NCBI GenBank assembly: GCA_030446545.1
Contig: JAUJNB010000001.1
Coordinates: forward strand, 212,550-276,549
Direction of reading: 5' to 3'
Length of the DNA: 64,000 nt
Origin: Acidimicrobiales bacterium
Lineage (GTDB): Bacteria; Actinomycetota; Acidimicrobiia; Acidimicrobiales; CADCSY01
This document shows, one piece after another, positions 49,284-58,464 of the stretch. Under the pieces are notes generated by a model. That model was not told the DNA's origin, ran no database searches, and saw nothing but the letters and a program-made list of their open reading frames with translations. Both the position numbers and the translations under genes were made by a program. Position 1 is the first letter of the stretch. Each line of letters begins with the position of its first letter.

Positions 49284-51734
49284 TCAGAGTGCGGCCCGGC
49301 CGCCGCCCCCGGCCGGATCACTGATCCACACGGCGGCGTCGCGGTCCTCGGGCGCCGAACCGGTGAAGCCCACGGCCACCACCCGCCCGTCCCAGGAGGC
49401 CACGTCGAGCATGCGCTGGGCCTGGTCGCCCCCGAAGACGGGCTCGAGGTGGGGCGAGCGGGCCCAGGTGGCGCCACCGTCCTGCGACGTCCAGGCGGCG
49501 GCGTCGTCGCCCCCGCCCCGGTCGGTGCGGCCCACGGCCACGGTGAGGTCGTCGCCCACCACCACCGCCGCCAGCTCCTGGTCGAGAGGCTCACTCAGGT
49601 CGTCACCGCCTGAGCGGGCCCACGCCACCCCGTCCTGCGATGTCCAGGCCGCAGCCTCGAGACCGTTCCCCACTGCCGACCCGACCGCCACCGGCGATCC
49701 GCTGGCTCCCGCCGCCAGGGCCGACCCCCACCCCGGGCCCAGGCCGATCCGGGACCAAGCCGTGCCGTCCGGGGACGTCCACGTGGAGGCGAACTCCCCG
49801 TCGGCACCGACGGCCACCAGCCCGGTCGGGATCACGGCCACGTCGGCCAGGCGCTGATCGCCCTCCCCGCCCAGCCCTTCCTCGTCGACCACCCTCATCC
49901 AGGTGAGACCGTCGACCGATCGCCAGACGGCCGCGTCATCGCTCCCGGTTCCGTCGTCGCGGCCTACCGCCACCCACCCGCCCCCGTCGGCCTGAGCGAC
50001 CACCGCCTCCATGCTCTGGCTTCCCGATCCGCCGAGAACGCCCTCGTCGTGGACCACCCGCTGCCAGGTCTCGCCGTCGGGCGAGGCCCACACCGCCGCT
50101 GATTCGCCGTCGGTGCCCACCGCCACCAGGCCGGTGGGGCCCACCGCCACGTCGACCAGACGCTGGTCGCCCGGACCGCCCAGCGCGCCTCCGAGGTCGG
50201 CGGGGCGGTTCCACTCCCGGCCGTCGATCGAACGCCACACGGCGCCGTCGAGCTGGTCGACCCCCGGGACCGACCCCACGGCCACGAAGCCGCCCTCGGT
50301 CACGGTGACGGCGTCCATGCGCTGCTCGCCCGGGCCCGACCAGGCCGCGCCGGCGGCCACCCGCTGCCACCCCAGCACCGGGCCCGCCGATCGCTCACCG
50401 GCGGCCGGGCCATCGAGGACCTCGGCCTCCTCGGCCCGGGACCCGACCACCCAGACCACCGCGTCCTCACCCTCGGGCGATCCTTCCCAACCCACCGCCA
50501 CCGGCGTGGCGCCCGACAGAGCGACGTCGACCACATGCTGGTCTCCGGGGACGGCCAGCCCGTCGTCTTCGGCCCGTTGAGGCGAAGATCCCCCCGACGA
50601 CGACCACACCACGGCGTCGACGTCGCCCCGATCGTCGGTCTCGGTGCCCACCACCACCAGCTGGTCGCCGATGCGCGTGAGCGCCACCATGGCCTGCGTG
50701 CCGTCGCCCCCGAGCGCCCCTTCGTCGTGGGCGGCCTGGCGGAAGGTCTGGTTGCCGTTCGACCACCACATGGCGGCATCGGTCCCGTCACCCTTGGCGT
50801 CGGTGCCCACCACTGCGAGCGTCGAGCCCAGGCTCACGGCCGCCGCTGCCCCGGGTCGGCCCTCGGCGGGCAGCAACTCAGCCCCGGTGGCAGGGAGCGG
50901 CGACCAGAACAGGGCGTCGTCGGAGTGCCAGAGCTCCGGACCCTGGTCCTCCCGCTCGACGACGGCCTGGACCTCGGTACCGGTGTCGACCACCGCCACC
51001 ACCCGCTCGGCGCCGGGCCGGGTGAAGAGATCCGGGTCGTCGACGGCCCGCACCCATCGCCGGCCCGAGAAGGACTGCCAGGCGACCGTCTCCTCACCGC
51101 CGTCGCGTCCCGGGTCTCCCGTTCCCCCCGTCCCGAAGGCCACGAGACCGATCCGGGTGGCACTCACGGTGGTCATGGCCGGACCCTCGTCGACCTCGGC
51201 CCGCTCCCAGTTCACGCCGTCGAGGGAGGACCAGGCCGCGGCCCGGTCGCCCTCGGCGCCTACGGCCACCCACCCACCGCCGATCGGGTCCCCGGTCACG
51301 TCGGCGAAGGAAGCCGTCTCCCCGAACCGTTCAGGATCCAGCTCCGCCGCCTCCCAGACCCGGCCGTCGGATGACCACCACACCGCGGGACGGCCGTCGG
51401 CCCGGCCGACGGCGACGATGCGATTCCCGAGGGTCGATGCCACCCCGGCTGCCGCCGCCAGCATGCGCTGATTTCCGGGACCGGCGAGGACGCTGCGGTC
51501 GAGCACCACCCGCTCGAGGGTCGGGGGTGGCGGCACGGTGGTGGTGGGGGCCCGGAGCGGGGCGTCGGCCGCCGACGTCTCCGGCGGCCCCGGATCGCCG
51601 GAACATCCGGCCAGGAGCAGGAGCGAGGCCAGGCCCACGGCCGATCCTCGTCCTGGGTGTCGTCCTCCTCCTCCGGGTCGTTCTCGTCCTCGGGGTCGTT
51701 CTCGTCCTCGGGGTGGAAGGTGGAACCGTTCCAC
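49284..51734 (-). CDS. large lipoprotein with ~13-14 Asp-box/BNR-like repeats (predicted tandem beta-propellers)
   Basis: The lipobox is LLLLAGCSG. W-x-S-x-DG-x-x-W motifs recur every ~55-60 aa (VWWSSDGRVWE, AAWSSLDGVNWE, AVWRSIDGREWN, AVWASPDGETWQ, AAWTSQDGVAWA and others). Confidence 0.8.
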   Translation of the reverse strand: MERFHLPPRGRERPRGRERPGGGGRHPGRGSAVGLASLLLLAGCSGDPGPPETSAADAPLRAPTTTVPPPPTLERVVLDRSVLAGPGNQRMLAAAAGVASTLGNRIVAVGRADGRPAVWWSSDGRVWEAAELDPERFGETASFADVTGDPIGGGWVAVGAEGDRAAAWSSLDGVNWERAEVDEGPAMTTVSATRIGLVAFGTGGTGDPGRDGGEETVAWQSFSGRRWVRAVDDPDLFTRPGAERVVAVVDTGTEVQAVVEREDQGPELWHSDDALFWSPLPATGAELLPAEGRPGAAAAVSLGSTLAVVGTDAKGDGTDAAMWWSNGNQTFRQAAHDEGALGGDGTQAMVALTRIGDQLVVVGTETDDRGDVDAVVWSSSGGSSPQRAEDDGLAVPGDQHVVDVALSGATPVAVGWEGSPEGEDAVVWVVGSRAEEAEVLDGPAAGERSAGPVLGWQRVAAGAAWSGPGEQRMDAVTVTEGGFVAVGSVPGVDQLDGAVWRSIDGREWNRPADLGGALGGPGDQRLVDVAVGPTGLVAVGTDGESAAVWASPDGETWQRVVHDEGVLGGSGSQSMEAVVAQADGGGWVAVGRDDGTGSDDAAVWRSVDGLTWMRVVDEEGLGGEGDQRLADVAVIPTGLVAVGADGEFASTWTSPDGTAWSRIGLGPGWGSALAAGASGSPVAVGSAVGNGLEAAAWTSQDGVAWARSGGDDLSEPLDQELAAVVVGDDLTVAVGRTDRGGGDDAAAWTSQDGGATWARSPHLEPVFGGDQAQRMLDVASWDGRVVAVGFTGSAPEDRDAAVWISDPAGGGGRAAL
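51675..51713. repeat. 18-bp tandem repeat, ~2.2 copies (gggtcgttctcgtcctcg)
   Basis: Copies lie at 51675-51692 and 51693-51710, followed by a partial third copy. They encode PRGRER repeats in the 5' extension of the lipoprotein ORF. Confidence 0.85.
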
Positions 51735-51742
51735 GCCGGAGG

Positions 51743-52180
51743 TCAGGTGGCCGGGGCGGCCAGACCCAGGCGGCGGAGGTCACCCTGGATGGTGGTGCGG
51801 GTGGTGCCTTCGCTGCGGGCGGCCAGCGCGGCCCATGCCAGCAGCACGAGCACGGCCAGCACCTCGGCGCCGACGGCGACGAAGGCCAGCCCGTCCCAGC
51901 GGGTTTCGGAGAAACCGAAAAGACTGGCCTGGCGACTCAGCGAGAAGGCCACGAGCGTGGCGAAGGAGAGCACCATGCCGGCCAGGGCCGAAGCCAGGCC
52001 TCCTCGGAGCAACACCAGGAGGGCCACGGCCAGGGCCACCACGGCGTTGACGACGAACAGCGGACCCACCACCTCGATGGCCCGGTAGCCGTCGAGCCAG
52101 CGCTGGACGTGGGTGTAGGTTTGGATCAGGATCAGCGCGGCGGCGACGACGCGCAGGGATCGGTCGAGTGCGGGGGGCAT
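51743..52180 (-). CDS. small integral membrane protein (4 TM helices)
   Basis: ATG 52180 gives MPPALDRSLRVVAAALILIQTY... The sequence is hydrophobic throughout. Confidence 0.6.
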   Translation of the reverse strand: MPPALDRSLRVVAAALILIQTYTHVQRWLDGYRAIEVVGPLFVVNAVVALAVALLVLLRGGLASALAGMVLSFATLVAFSLSRQASLFGFSETRWDGLAFVAVGAEVLAVLVLLAWAALAARSEGTTRTTIQGDLRRLGLAAPAT

Positions 52181-52238
52181 CGGAGTCCTCTTCAGGTCGG
52201 GCTCTCGACGGTACCGACGCTCATTACCGTCTCCACCG

Positions 52239-52892
52239 ATGGACGAGCATCGCCCCCGCCGCCCCGGACGCCGACGGCTGGTGCTGGTCAGCGTGGCCCT
52301 CAGCGTGGTGGCGGCGTCGGCGGTGATCGGCAACGCCCTGGCCCCCTCGCTGGTGGTCAGTCACCCGTTGCTCCTGCTGGCCCTCAACACCACCACCCGC
52401 CACCTGGTGCTCACCTCCACCAGCGTGGACTTCGTCCCCTACCTGGTGGTGGGGCTGGGGCGGCGCCTCCTGGAGGACCCCCTGCTGTTCCTCCTCGGAC
52501 GTTGGTACGGCGACGACGCCATCGGCTGGGTCGAAGCCAAGCTGGGCGGGGGTCGGGGCCTGCGCTGGGTCCAGCGCCACTTCCACCGGATCGGCTGGCT
52601 CCTGGTGGCCGTCGCTCCCGGGGGCGTGGTGTGCGTCCTGGCCGGCGCCTCCCGGATGCGCACGGTGGTCTTCCTGGTACTCAACCTCGGCGGCACCGTG
52701 GCCACCATCGTGCTCCTCCGTCGCTTCGGCGACGTCTTCGCCGGCCCGGTCGACGCCGCCGTCGACGTCGTGGCCGACAACGTCGTGGTCCTCACCGGCA
52801 TCTCCGTCGCGCTCACCGTCGCTCTGGTCCTGAGCCGCCGTCGGCGGCGGGGCGCCCCACCGGCGTTGCCGAGCGAGCCGGACGCTCGGTAG
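52239..52892 (+). CDS. DedA/VTT (SNARE-associated) family membrane protein
   Basis: LLFLLGRWYGDDAI and GWLLVAVAPGGVVCVLAGASRM patterns are present. Confidence 0.65.
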   Translation: MDEHRPRRPGRRRLVLVSVALSVVAASAVIGNALAPSLVVSHPLLLLALNTTTRHLVLTSTSVDFVPYLVVGLGRRLLEDPLLFLLGRWYGDDAIGWVEAKLGGGRGLRWVQRHFHRIGWLLVAVAPGGVVCVLAGASRMRTVVFLVLNLGGTVATIVLLRRFGDVFAGPVDAAVDVVADNVVVLTGISVALTVALVLSRRRRRGAPPALPSEPDAR

Positions 52893-52905
52893 CGTCGGGT
52901 CGAGT

Positions 52906-54057
52906 GTGAGTGAGCCTGGCACCGACCTTCAGCCCAGCCCGAGGGACGAGTGGTTGTCCGACTCGCTGGCCCGCCAGGCCGCCGTTCTGGAAGAGCTGGT
53001 CGGTGTTGCCCGGGAACCAAGCTGGTCGGAGGACCCCGAGAGGCGCTGCCTGGCCTGGTGGGGGGTCCAGCGCCAGGCAGCACGCTTCGGGCGCAACCTC
53101 GAGGCCCGGTCCCAGGGAGCACCGGCCCAGCGTGGGAAGCGGGAGTTTGAGGCCCACGGACGCCTGCTCGAGCACCACCACCGAGAAGCCGGGCTGGCGT
53201 TGGCGGCGGCCGACCCGGGCGTAGCCGCCGAGGCCGAACGTGGCGTCGGCCTGCGGGTGGCCGTGGTGGGCAAGGGCGGTGCCGGCAAGTCGATGATCTC
53301 CGGCACCCTCGCTCGCGTCCTCGCCCGCCGGGGGCACCAGGTGCTGGCCGCCGACCTCGACACCAACCCGGGGCTGGCCTTCAGCATGGGCCTGTCGCCG
53401 GCGGCGGGAGAGCTCCCGCCCGAGGCCGTGGAGGCCCACGCCGGCGCCGCCTACGGGTGGCGGTTGCGGTCGGGCCTGAGCCCGGCCCAGGCCGTCGACC
53501 GCTTCGCCCTCCAGGGACCCGACGGCGCTCGGGGCCTGATCCTGAGCAAGATCCGCGACCCCGAGAAGTCCGGTCCCAAGCACACGCTCTCCGCCCTGCT
53601 GGAGATCCTGCTCGGCTTCGGCGACCCGACCTGGGACGTGGTGGGCGACCTCGAAGCCGGTCCCACCACCCCCTTCGAGCGCTACCACGCCTTTGCCGAC
53701 CGGGTGATCGTGGTGGTGGGCCCGGCGTGGCGATCGGCCATGACCGCCCGCCGCCTCCTGCCACTCGTGGCCGACGTGCCCACCCTCGTGGTGGCCAACC
53801 GCTTCCGGGACGAGCCCGACCACCCCGGGCTGGCGCCGGTCGTGCGCATCCCCGACGACCCCGAGGTGGCCGAGGCCGAACGTCTCGGTCTGGCCCCGTT
53901 CGACCGGTGCCCCGACTCTGCGGCGGTCACCGCCGTCACCGCCTTGGCCGATCTGCTGACGGGCGGCGAGAACGACCACGGCCACGGTCGAGGCCCCCAC
54001 GCACCACATGTCCACCTGCAGGGACATGACCACAAGCCACGGGAGGTACCGGTATGA
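52906..54057 (+). CDS. CooC/MinD-superfamily P-loop ATPase with ~115-aa N-terminal extension and His-rich C-terminal tail
   Basis: The deviant Walker A is VAVVGKGGAGKS, followed by LAADLDTNPGLA. The tail reads DHGHGRGPHAPHVHLQGHDH. There is no CxC motif. The true start may lie downstream. Confidence 0.7.
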   Translation: MSEPGTDLQPSPRDEWLSDSLARQAAVLEELVGVAREPSWSEDPERRCLAWWGVQRQAARFGRNLEARSQGAPAQRGKREFEAHGRLLEHHHREAGLALAAADPGVAAEAERGVGLRVAVVGKGGAGKSMISGTLARVLARRGHQVLAADLDTNPGLAFSMGLSPAAGELPPEAVEAHAGAAYGWRLRSGLSPAQAVDRFALQGPDGARGLILSKIRDPEKSGPKHTLSALLEILLGFGDPTWDVVGDLEAGPTTPFERYHAFADRVIVVVGPAWRSAMTARRLLPLVADVPTLVVANRFRDEPDHPGLAPVVRIPDDPEVAEAERLGLAPFDRCPDSAAVTAVTALADLLTGGENDHGHGRGPHAPHVHLQGHDHKPREVPV

Positions 54058-54827
54058 AGATCGCCGTCACCGGCAAAGGGGGATCGGGCAAGAGCACGGT
54101 CTCGGGGGCCCTGTGCCGCCACCTGGCCCAGCTTGGCCACCGGGTTGTCGGCGTCGACGGTGACCCCAACCCCAACCTGGGCATCTCCCTCGGCGTCGAA
54201 CGGGAGTTGGTGGAGACGATGGAGCCCATCCTCAACGCCCTCATCGCCATCGGCCACACCCATGACGACCCCACGCCCGACCCCGAGGACCTGCTGGCCC
54301 GCTACGGCCTCGACGCTCCCGGCGGGGTTCGCCTGGTCGCCACCGGCAAGATCGAGCGGCCCACCGACTCCTGCCTGTGCTGCGGTTCGCACATGACCAC
54401 CCGTCAGTTCTTCGGGGAGTTGGGAGACGACGACCGCATCGTGGTGGCCGACCTCGAGGCCGGCATCAACGACCTGCTGTGGGCCCGGCCCGGGCCCTCA
54501 GACGTGGTGCTGGTGGTGGCCGAGCCCAGTGCCAAGTCGGTGGAGATCGCCCGCCGGGCCACGGACGTGGCCGTCGACCTCGGGGTGCGCCGCATCATCG
54601 GGGTGGCCAACCGCTGCGCCGGCGGAGACGACCTGGCCCGGATGACCGAGTCGATCGGTGCGGCCGAGATGATCGTCGTGCCCGAGGACCCGGCCATCGG
54701 GCACGCCGACCACCTCGGCCGGGCGGCCTACGACCTCGACCCCGCTTCCCCCGCCCTGGTGGCCATCGGTGCCCTGGCCGAGCACCTGGTCCGCCACCCG
54801 GCCCCGGAAGCTGCGCCCACGGACTGA
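54054..54827 (+). CDS. CooC-like nickel-chaperone-type P-loop ATPase
   Basis: MKIAVTGKGGSGKSTV, VDGDPNPNLG and the Cys cluster DSCLCCGSH are present. The gene overlaps the upstream gene by 4 nt. Confidence 0.75.
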   Translation: MKIAVTGKGGSGKSTVSGALCRHLAQLGHRVVGVDGDPNPNLGISLGVERELVETMEPILNALIAIGHTHDDPTPDPEDLLARYGLDAPGGVRLVATGKIERPTDSCLCCGSHMTTRQFFGELGDDDRIVVADLEAGINDLLWARPGPSDVVLVVAEPSAKSVEIARRATDVAVDLGVRRIIGVANRCAGGDDLARMTESIGAAEMIVVPEDPAIGHADHLGRAAYDLDPASPALVAIGALAEHLVRHPAPEAAPTD

Positions 54828-54927
54828 ACGGTGATCCCGGGTCGAGCCGACCGGCTCCGCAACGGGGAACCGCTCGGCACCGCCGCACAGACTCGACCAT
54901 CGGGACGGCGAACTACCGTTGCCCCTC

Positions 54928-56022
54928 ATGCGCATCGCCCTCATCGCCCCGCCCTGGGTACCCGTTCCCCCGCCGCTGTACGGCGGGACCGAGACGATCG
55001 TGGACCGTCTGGCCCGGGGCTTCCACGCCGCCGGTCACGAGGTGCTGCTGTGCACGACCGGTGACTCCACGTGCCCCGTCCCGCGCCAGTCGGTGCTGGA
55101 GCGGGCCGAACACCTGCGCATCGGAGCGGTGGTGCCCGAGCTGCGCCACGTCATCCACGCCTACGAGGCCGCCCAGGACTTCGACATCGTGCACGACCAC
55201 ACCATGGCGGGACCCGTCTACGCCGAGCGCTTTCCCTCCCTCCGGACCGTCACCACCAACCACGGCCCCTTCAACGACGAGCTGCTCGACATCTACCGGG
55301 CCATCGCCCCGTGGGTCTCCATCATCGCCATCTCCCGGTCCCAGGCGGCCCATGCCGCCGAGGTCCCCATCACCCGGGTCATCCACCACGGCATCGACGT
55401 GGCCGACCTGCCCTTCGGTGAGGAGCCGGGCGAGTACTTCCTGTTCCTCGGGCGCATGGCCCCGGACAAGGGCGCCCGGCGGGCGGCGCTCGTCGCCCGC
55501 CAGGCCGGCGTGCCCCTGCTGATCGCGGCCAAGATGCGTGAGCCCCTCGAATTCGAGTACTTCGAGGACCAGGTCAAACCCCTGCTCGGGGGGGACATCG
55601 AGTACGTGGGCGAGGTGGGGGGCGACCGGAAGTACGACTTGTTGGCCCGGGCCCGCGGGCTGCTCAACCCCATCCGCTGGGTCGAGCCCTTCGGCCTGGT
55701 GATGATCGAGGCGCTGGGCTGCGGGGCACCCGTCCTCACGTACAACCAGGGGGCCGCCCCCGAGATCGTCGAGCACGGCGTCACCGGGTTCCTCTGCGAG
55801 ACCCGCGACCAGATGGCCGCCGCCGTCCACCGGGTCGACGAGCTCGATCGCAAGGCCTGCCGCACCGCGGTGGAGCAGCGCTTCTCCACCGAGCGGATGG
55901 TGGACGACCACCTGGACCTGTTCCAGTCGCTCCTCGACGGCCGGACGCCGGCGCCTACTGGGATTCCGATCCCCCGTCGGCCCCCGGCACCTCGGCCGAG
56001 AGGGGCTGGCGGGGCTCCCTGA
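54928..56022 (+). CDS. glycosyltransferase family 4
   Basis: MRIALIAPPWVPVPPPLYGGTE, and the GT-B C-terminal motif EPFGLVMIEALGCGAPVL. Confidence 0.85.
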   Translation: MRIALIAPPWVPVPPPLYGGTETIVDRLARGFHAAGHEVLLCTTGDSTCPVPRQSVLERAEHLRIGAVVPELRHVIHAYEAAQDFDIVHDHTMAGPVYAERFPSLRTVTTNHGPFNDELLDIYRAIAPWVSIIAISRSQAAHAAEVPITRVIHHGIDVADLPFGEEPGEYFLFLGRMAPDKGARRAALVARQAGVPLLIAAKMREPLEFEYFEDQVKPLLGGDIEYVGEVGGDRKYDLLARARGLLNPIRWVEPFGLVMIEALGCGAPVLTYNQGAAPEIVEHGVTGFLCETRDQMAAAVHRVDELDRKACRTAVEQRFSTERMVDDHLDLFQSLLDGRTPAPTGIPIPRRPPAPRPRGAGGAP

Positions 56023-58124
56023 CCAGCTCCACGCCCGGAGGCAGCCCCTCGACCGACACGTCGTCGCCGTCGACCTCGACGGCCACCCGCCCACCGCCGA
56101 GGGGGATGTGGCCGACCCGGAGGCGGCCGATGGCGGCGGGGACGACCGGGTCCAACCAGAGCTTGGGGCAACCAGGGGTCGAAGCGCAGCAGCAGGCGCA
56201 ACAACAGCAAGGGCGAGGCCGCCGACCAGGCCTGGGGCGAGCACGACGCCGGGTAGCCGAGGGGCACCGGGAGCTCCGAGCGGTCGAGGCCTCCGAACAG
56301 CTCGGGCAGGCGCCCTCCCACGGCCATGGCCGCGTCGATCAGGCCCATCACCACCCGCTGGGCCTCCTCCACGAAGCCGTAGCGCATGAGCCCGGCCGCC
56401 ACCAGGGCGCTGTCGTGGGGCCAGACCGAGCCGTTGTGGTAGCTGATGGGGTTGTACCCCACCATGGTGGTGGCGAGCGTGCGCACCCCCCAACCCGTGA
56501 ACAGCGCCGGCGAGACCAGGTGGCGGGCCACCGCCGCGGCCTTGTCCCGGTCCACGATGCCCGTCCACAGGCAGTGGCCGATGTTGGAGGTCAGGGCGTC
56601 GAGCGGGCGCTTGTCGCCGTCGAGGGCCAGGGCGAACCACTGCTCGTCCTCCAGCCAGAACTGGCGGTTGAAGGCCTCCTTGAGCTCGGCGGCCCGGGCC
56701 CGGTAGTCGGCGGCGACGGTCTCATCACCGGCCTCGTGGGCGAAGTGGGCCCGGGCCACATAGGCGGCGTAGGTGTAGCCCTGGACCTCGCACAGGGCGA
56801 TGGGGCCCTTGCCCAACTCGCCCTTGGCGTCGCGTACCCCGTCCCAGGAGTCCTTCCAGCCCTGGTTGCGCAGACCCCTGCTGCTGGTCTGCTCGTACTC
56901 CACGAAGACGTCACCGTCGGCGTCGCCGTAGTCGGCGATCCAGGCCATGGCCCGGTCGACGTGGGGGAGGAGCCGGTCGACCCGTTCGGCCTCCAGACCC
57001 CAACGCCGGAGCTCGCCCACCAACATGACGAACAGCGGGGTGGCGTCGGCCGTTCCGTAGTAGAACTGGCCGCCGCTGAGCGAGAGCGAGGCCGCCGAGC
57101 CGAAACGCATCTCGTGGAGGATGCGGCCCGGCTCTTCCTCGGTCTCGGGGTCGACCTTTTCCCCCTGGAATCGGGCCAACGTCTGGACCACGCCGAGGGC
57201 CAGGTCGGGGTCGACGAGCAGGGCCATCCACGACGTCAGCAGCGAGTCGCGCCCGAACAGGGTCATGAACCAGGGCGCCCCTGCGGCCACCACGGCCCGT
57301 TCGGGGAACTCGGGGTCGAAGATCCGCAGCGCTCCGAGGTCGGCCTGGCTCCGGGCGACCACCGCCTCCAGGCCGTGGTGCGACGACGACAAGGTGGGGA
57401 CCTGGCGCCGCCACCGTTGCAGTCGCTCGGTGGGCGCGGCCCGCTCGACCGGCCGGCCACAGCGATAGAGGGGCTCCAGGCGCATCTCGTCGATGACCGG
57501 CGTCAACTCGACGCACCCCGACCATGACCCCTGCGGGGCGATGACCACCTCCGCCCCCAGCAGGTGGTGCTCGATGACCGACAACCCGCGACAGGACAGG
57601 ACCGTCCCCCGACGGACGTCACCACTGCGGTTGCAGCCGAAGACCAGGGTGTCCTCGAGCGTCTCCAGCGTGCGCTCCCCCCGCAGTTCGATCCGGCCTT
57701 CCTTGACCTCGAACAGGTCGGCGAAGTCGACGTCGACGGCCAGCTCCACCAGGCACGCCGCCGGTTCGGGGCCGAAGTTGCGGATCACGATGTCCTCACG
57801 CATCCCCTGGCCCACGTAACGGGTGCGGAAGGCCACGAGCGTGCTGTCGGCCCGCCCCGGCCGGGGCCGGGCCCGGGTCACGAAGGTGGCGCTGAAGGGG
57901 TCACGCACCAATGACGACAACGTCTGGAGCGCCATGCCGTTCAGGCGCAGCTCCAGGGAGGACAAGAAGCGGGTGTCGCGGAAGAACAGGCCCTGGGTCA
58001 TGCCCACCTCGATGTCGCCCTCCGGCCCCGAGATGCAGAAGGTGGCGCCCTCGACCAGGGTGACGATGCCGGTGGACTGGCCCACCGGAGGCGGCTCGCC
58101 GGTGAAGGTCCACGGTTCGGCCAC
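55955..58124 (-). pseudogene. amylo-alpha-1,6-glucosidase / glycogen-debranching-type enzyme (GDE_N_bact plus GDE_C), one frame break near 56164
   Basis: GTG start at 58124. Motifs are GAPWFMTLFGRDSL, NQGWKDSWD and YHNGSVWPHD. The C-terminus (LDPVVPAAIGRLRV...SESQ*) is in another frame, after an extra base in a C-run. Confidence 0.85.
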
Positions 58125-58381
58125 GATGGCGGGATGCTAGCGACGCGAGCCGTTCCGAGTTCGGAACCACCGTGCACACCGAAGAGCCCCTCGGGGTCCT
58201 TCTCGCCCTGGGCCACCACCCACTCGCCGTCGATGAGGGTGACGCCGAGCACGGCCAGGAGCGCCCAGTTGAGCACGGCTCCCCTGGTGTCGACGTCGGT
58301 GAAGATCGTCAGGCGTCGACATCCCGGTTGCGCCCGGGCGCCCGGCCTCGGCCCAGGTGGGCCGCTGAAGTTGTCCATCAC
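57998..58381 (-). CDS. unresolved ORF between GT2 and the glucosidase; only ~58160-58460 looks protein-like
   Basis: GEVRIAIVMDNFSG...LTIFTDVDTRGAVLNWALLAVLGVTLIDGEWVVAQGEKDPEGLFGV. The middle is shadow-like, which suggests possible frame errors. No family is recognised. Confidence 0.25.
   Translation of the reverse strand: MMDNFSGPPGPRPGARAQPGCRRLTIFTDVDTRGAVLNWALLAVLGVTLIDGEWVVAQGEKDPEGLFGVHGGSELGTARVASIPPSWPNRGPSPASRLRWASPPASSPWSRAPPSASRGRRATSRWA
58152..58167. promoter_or_regulatory. 16-bp near-perfect palindrome GTTCCGAGTTCGGAAC ~30 nt upstream of the glucosidase start
   Basis: 7+7 inverted repeat seen directly in the sequence. An operator role is inferred only. Confidence 0.3.
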
Positions 58382-58464
58382 GATGGCGATGCGAACCTCG
58401 CCCGGGTGCAGCGAAAGCAGCCCAGGTAGCGGAAGGAGGCCACCACCGCGACGGCCTGGGACGG

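Noticed and set aside
52906-54827. Taking the CooC-like pair as evidence for an anaerobic CO dehydrogenase locus
   Set aside because: No CODH, ACS, hydrogenase or urease structural gene is present anywhere in the 64 kb.
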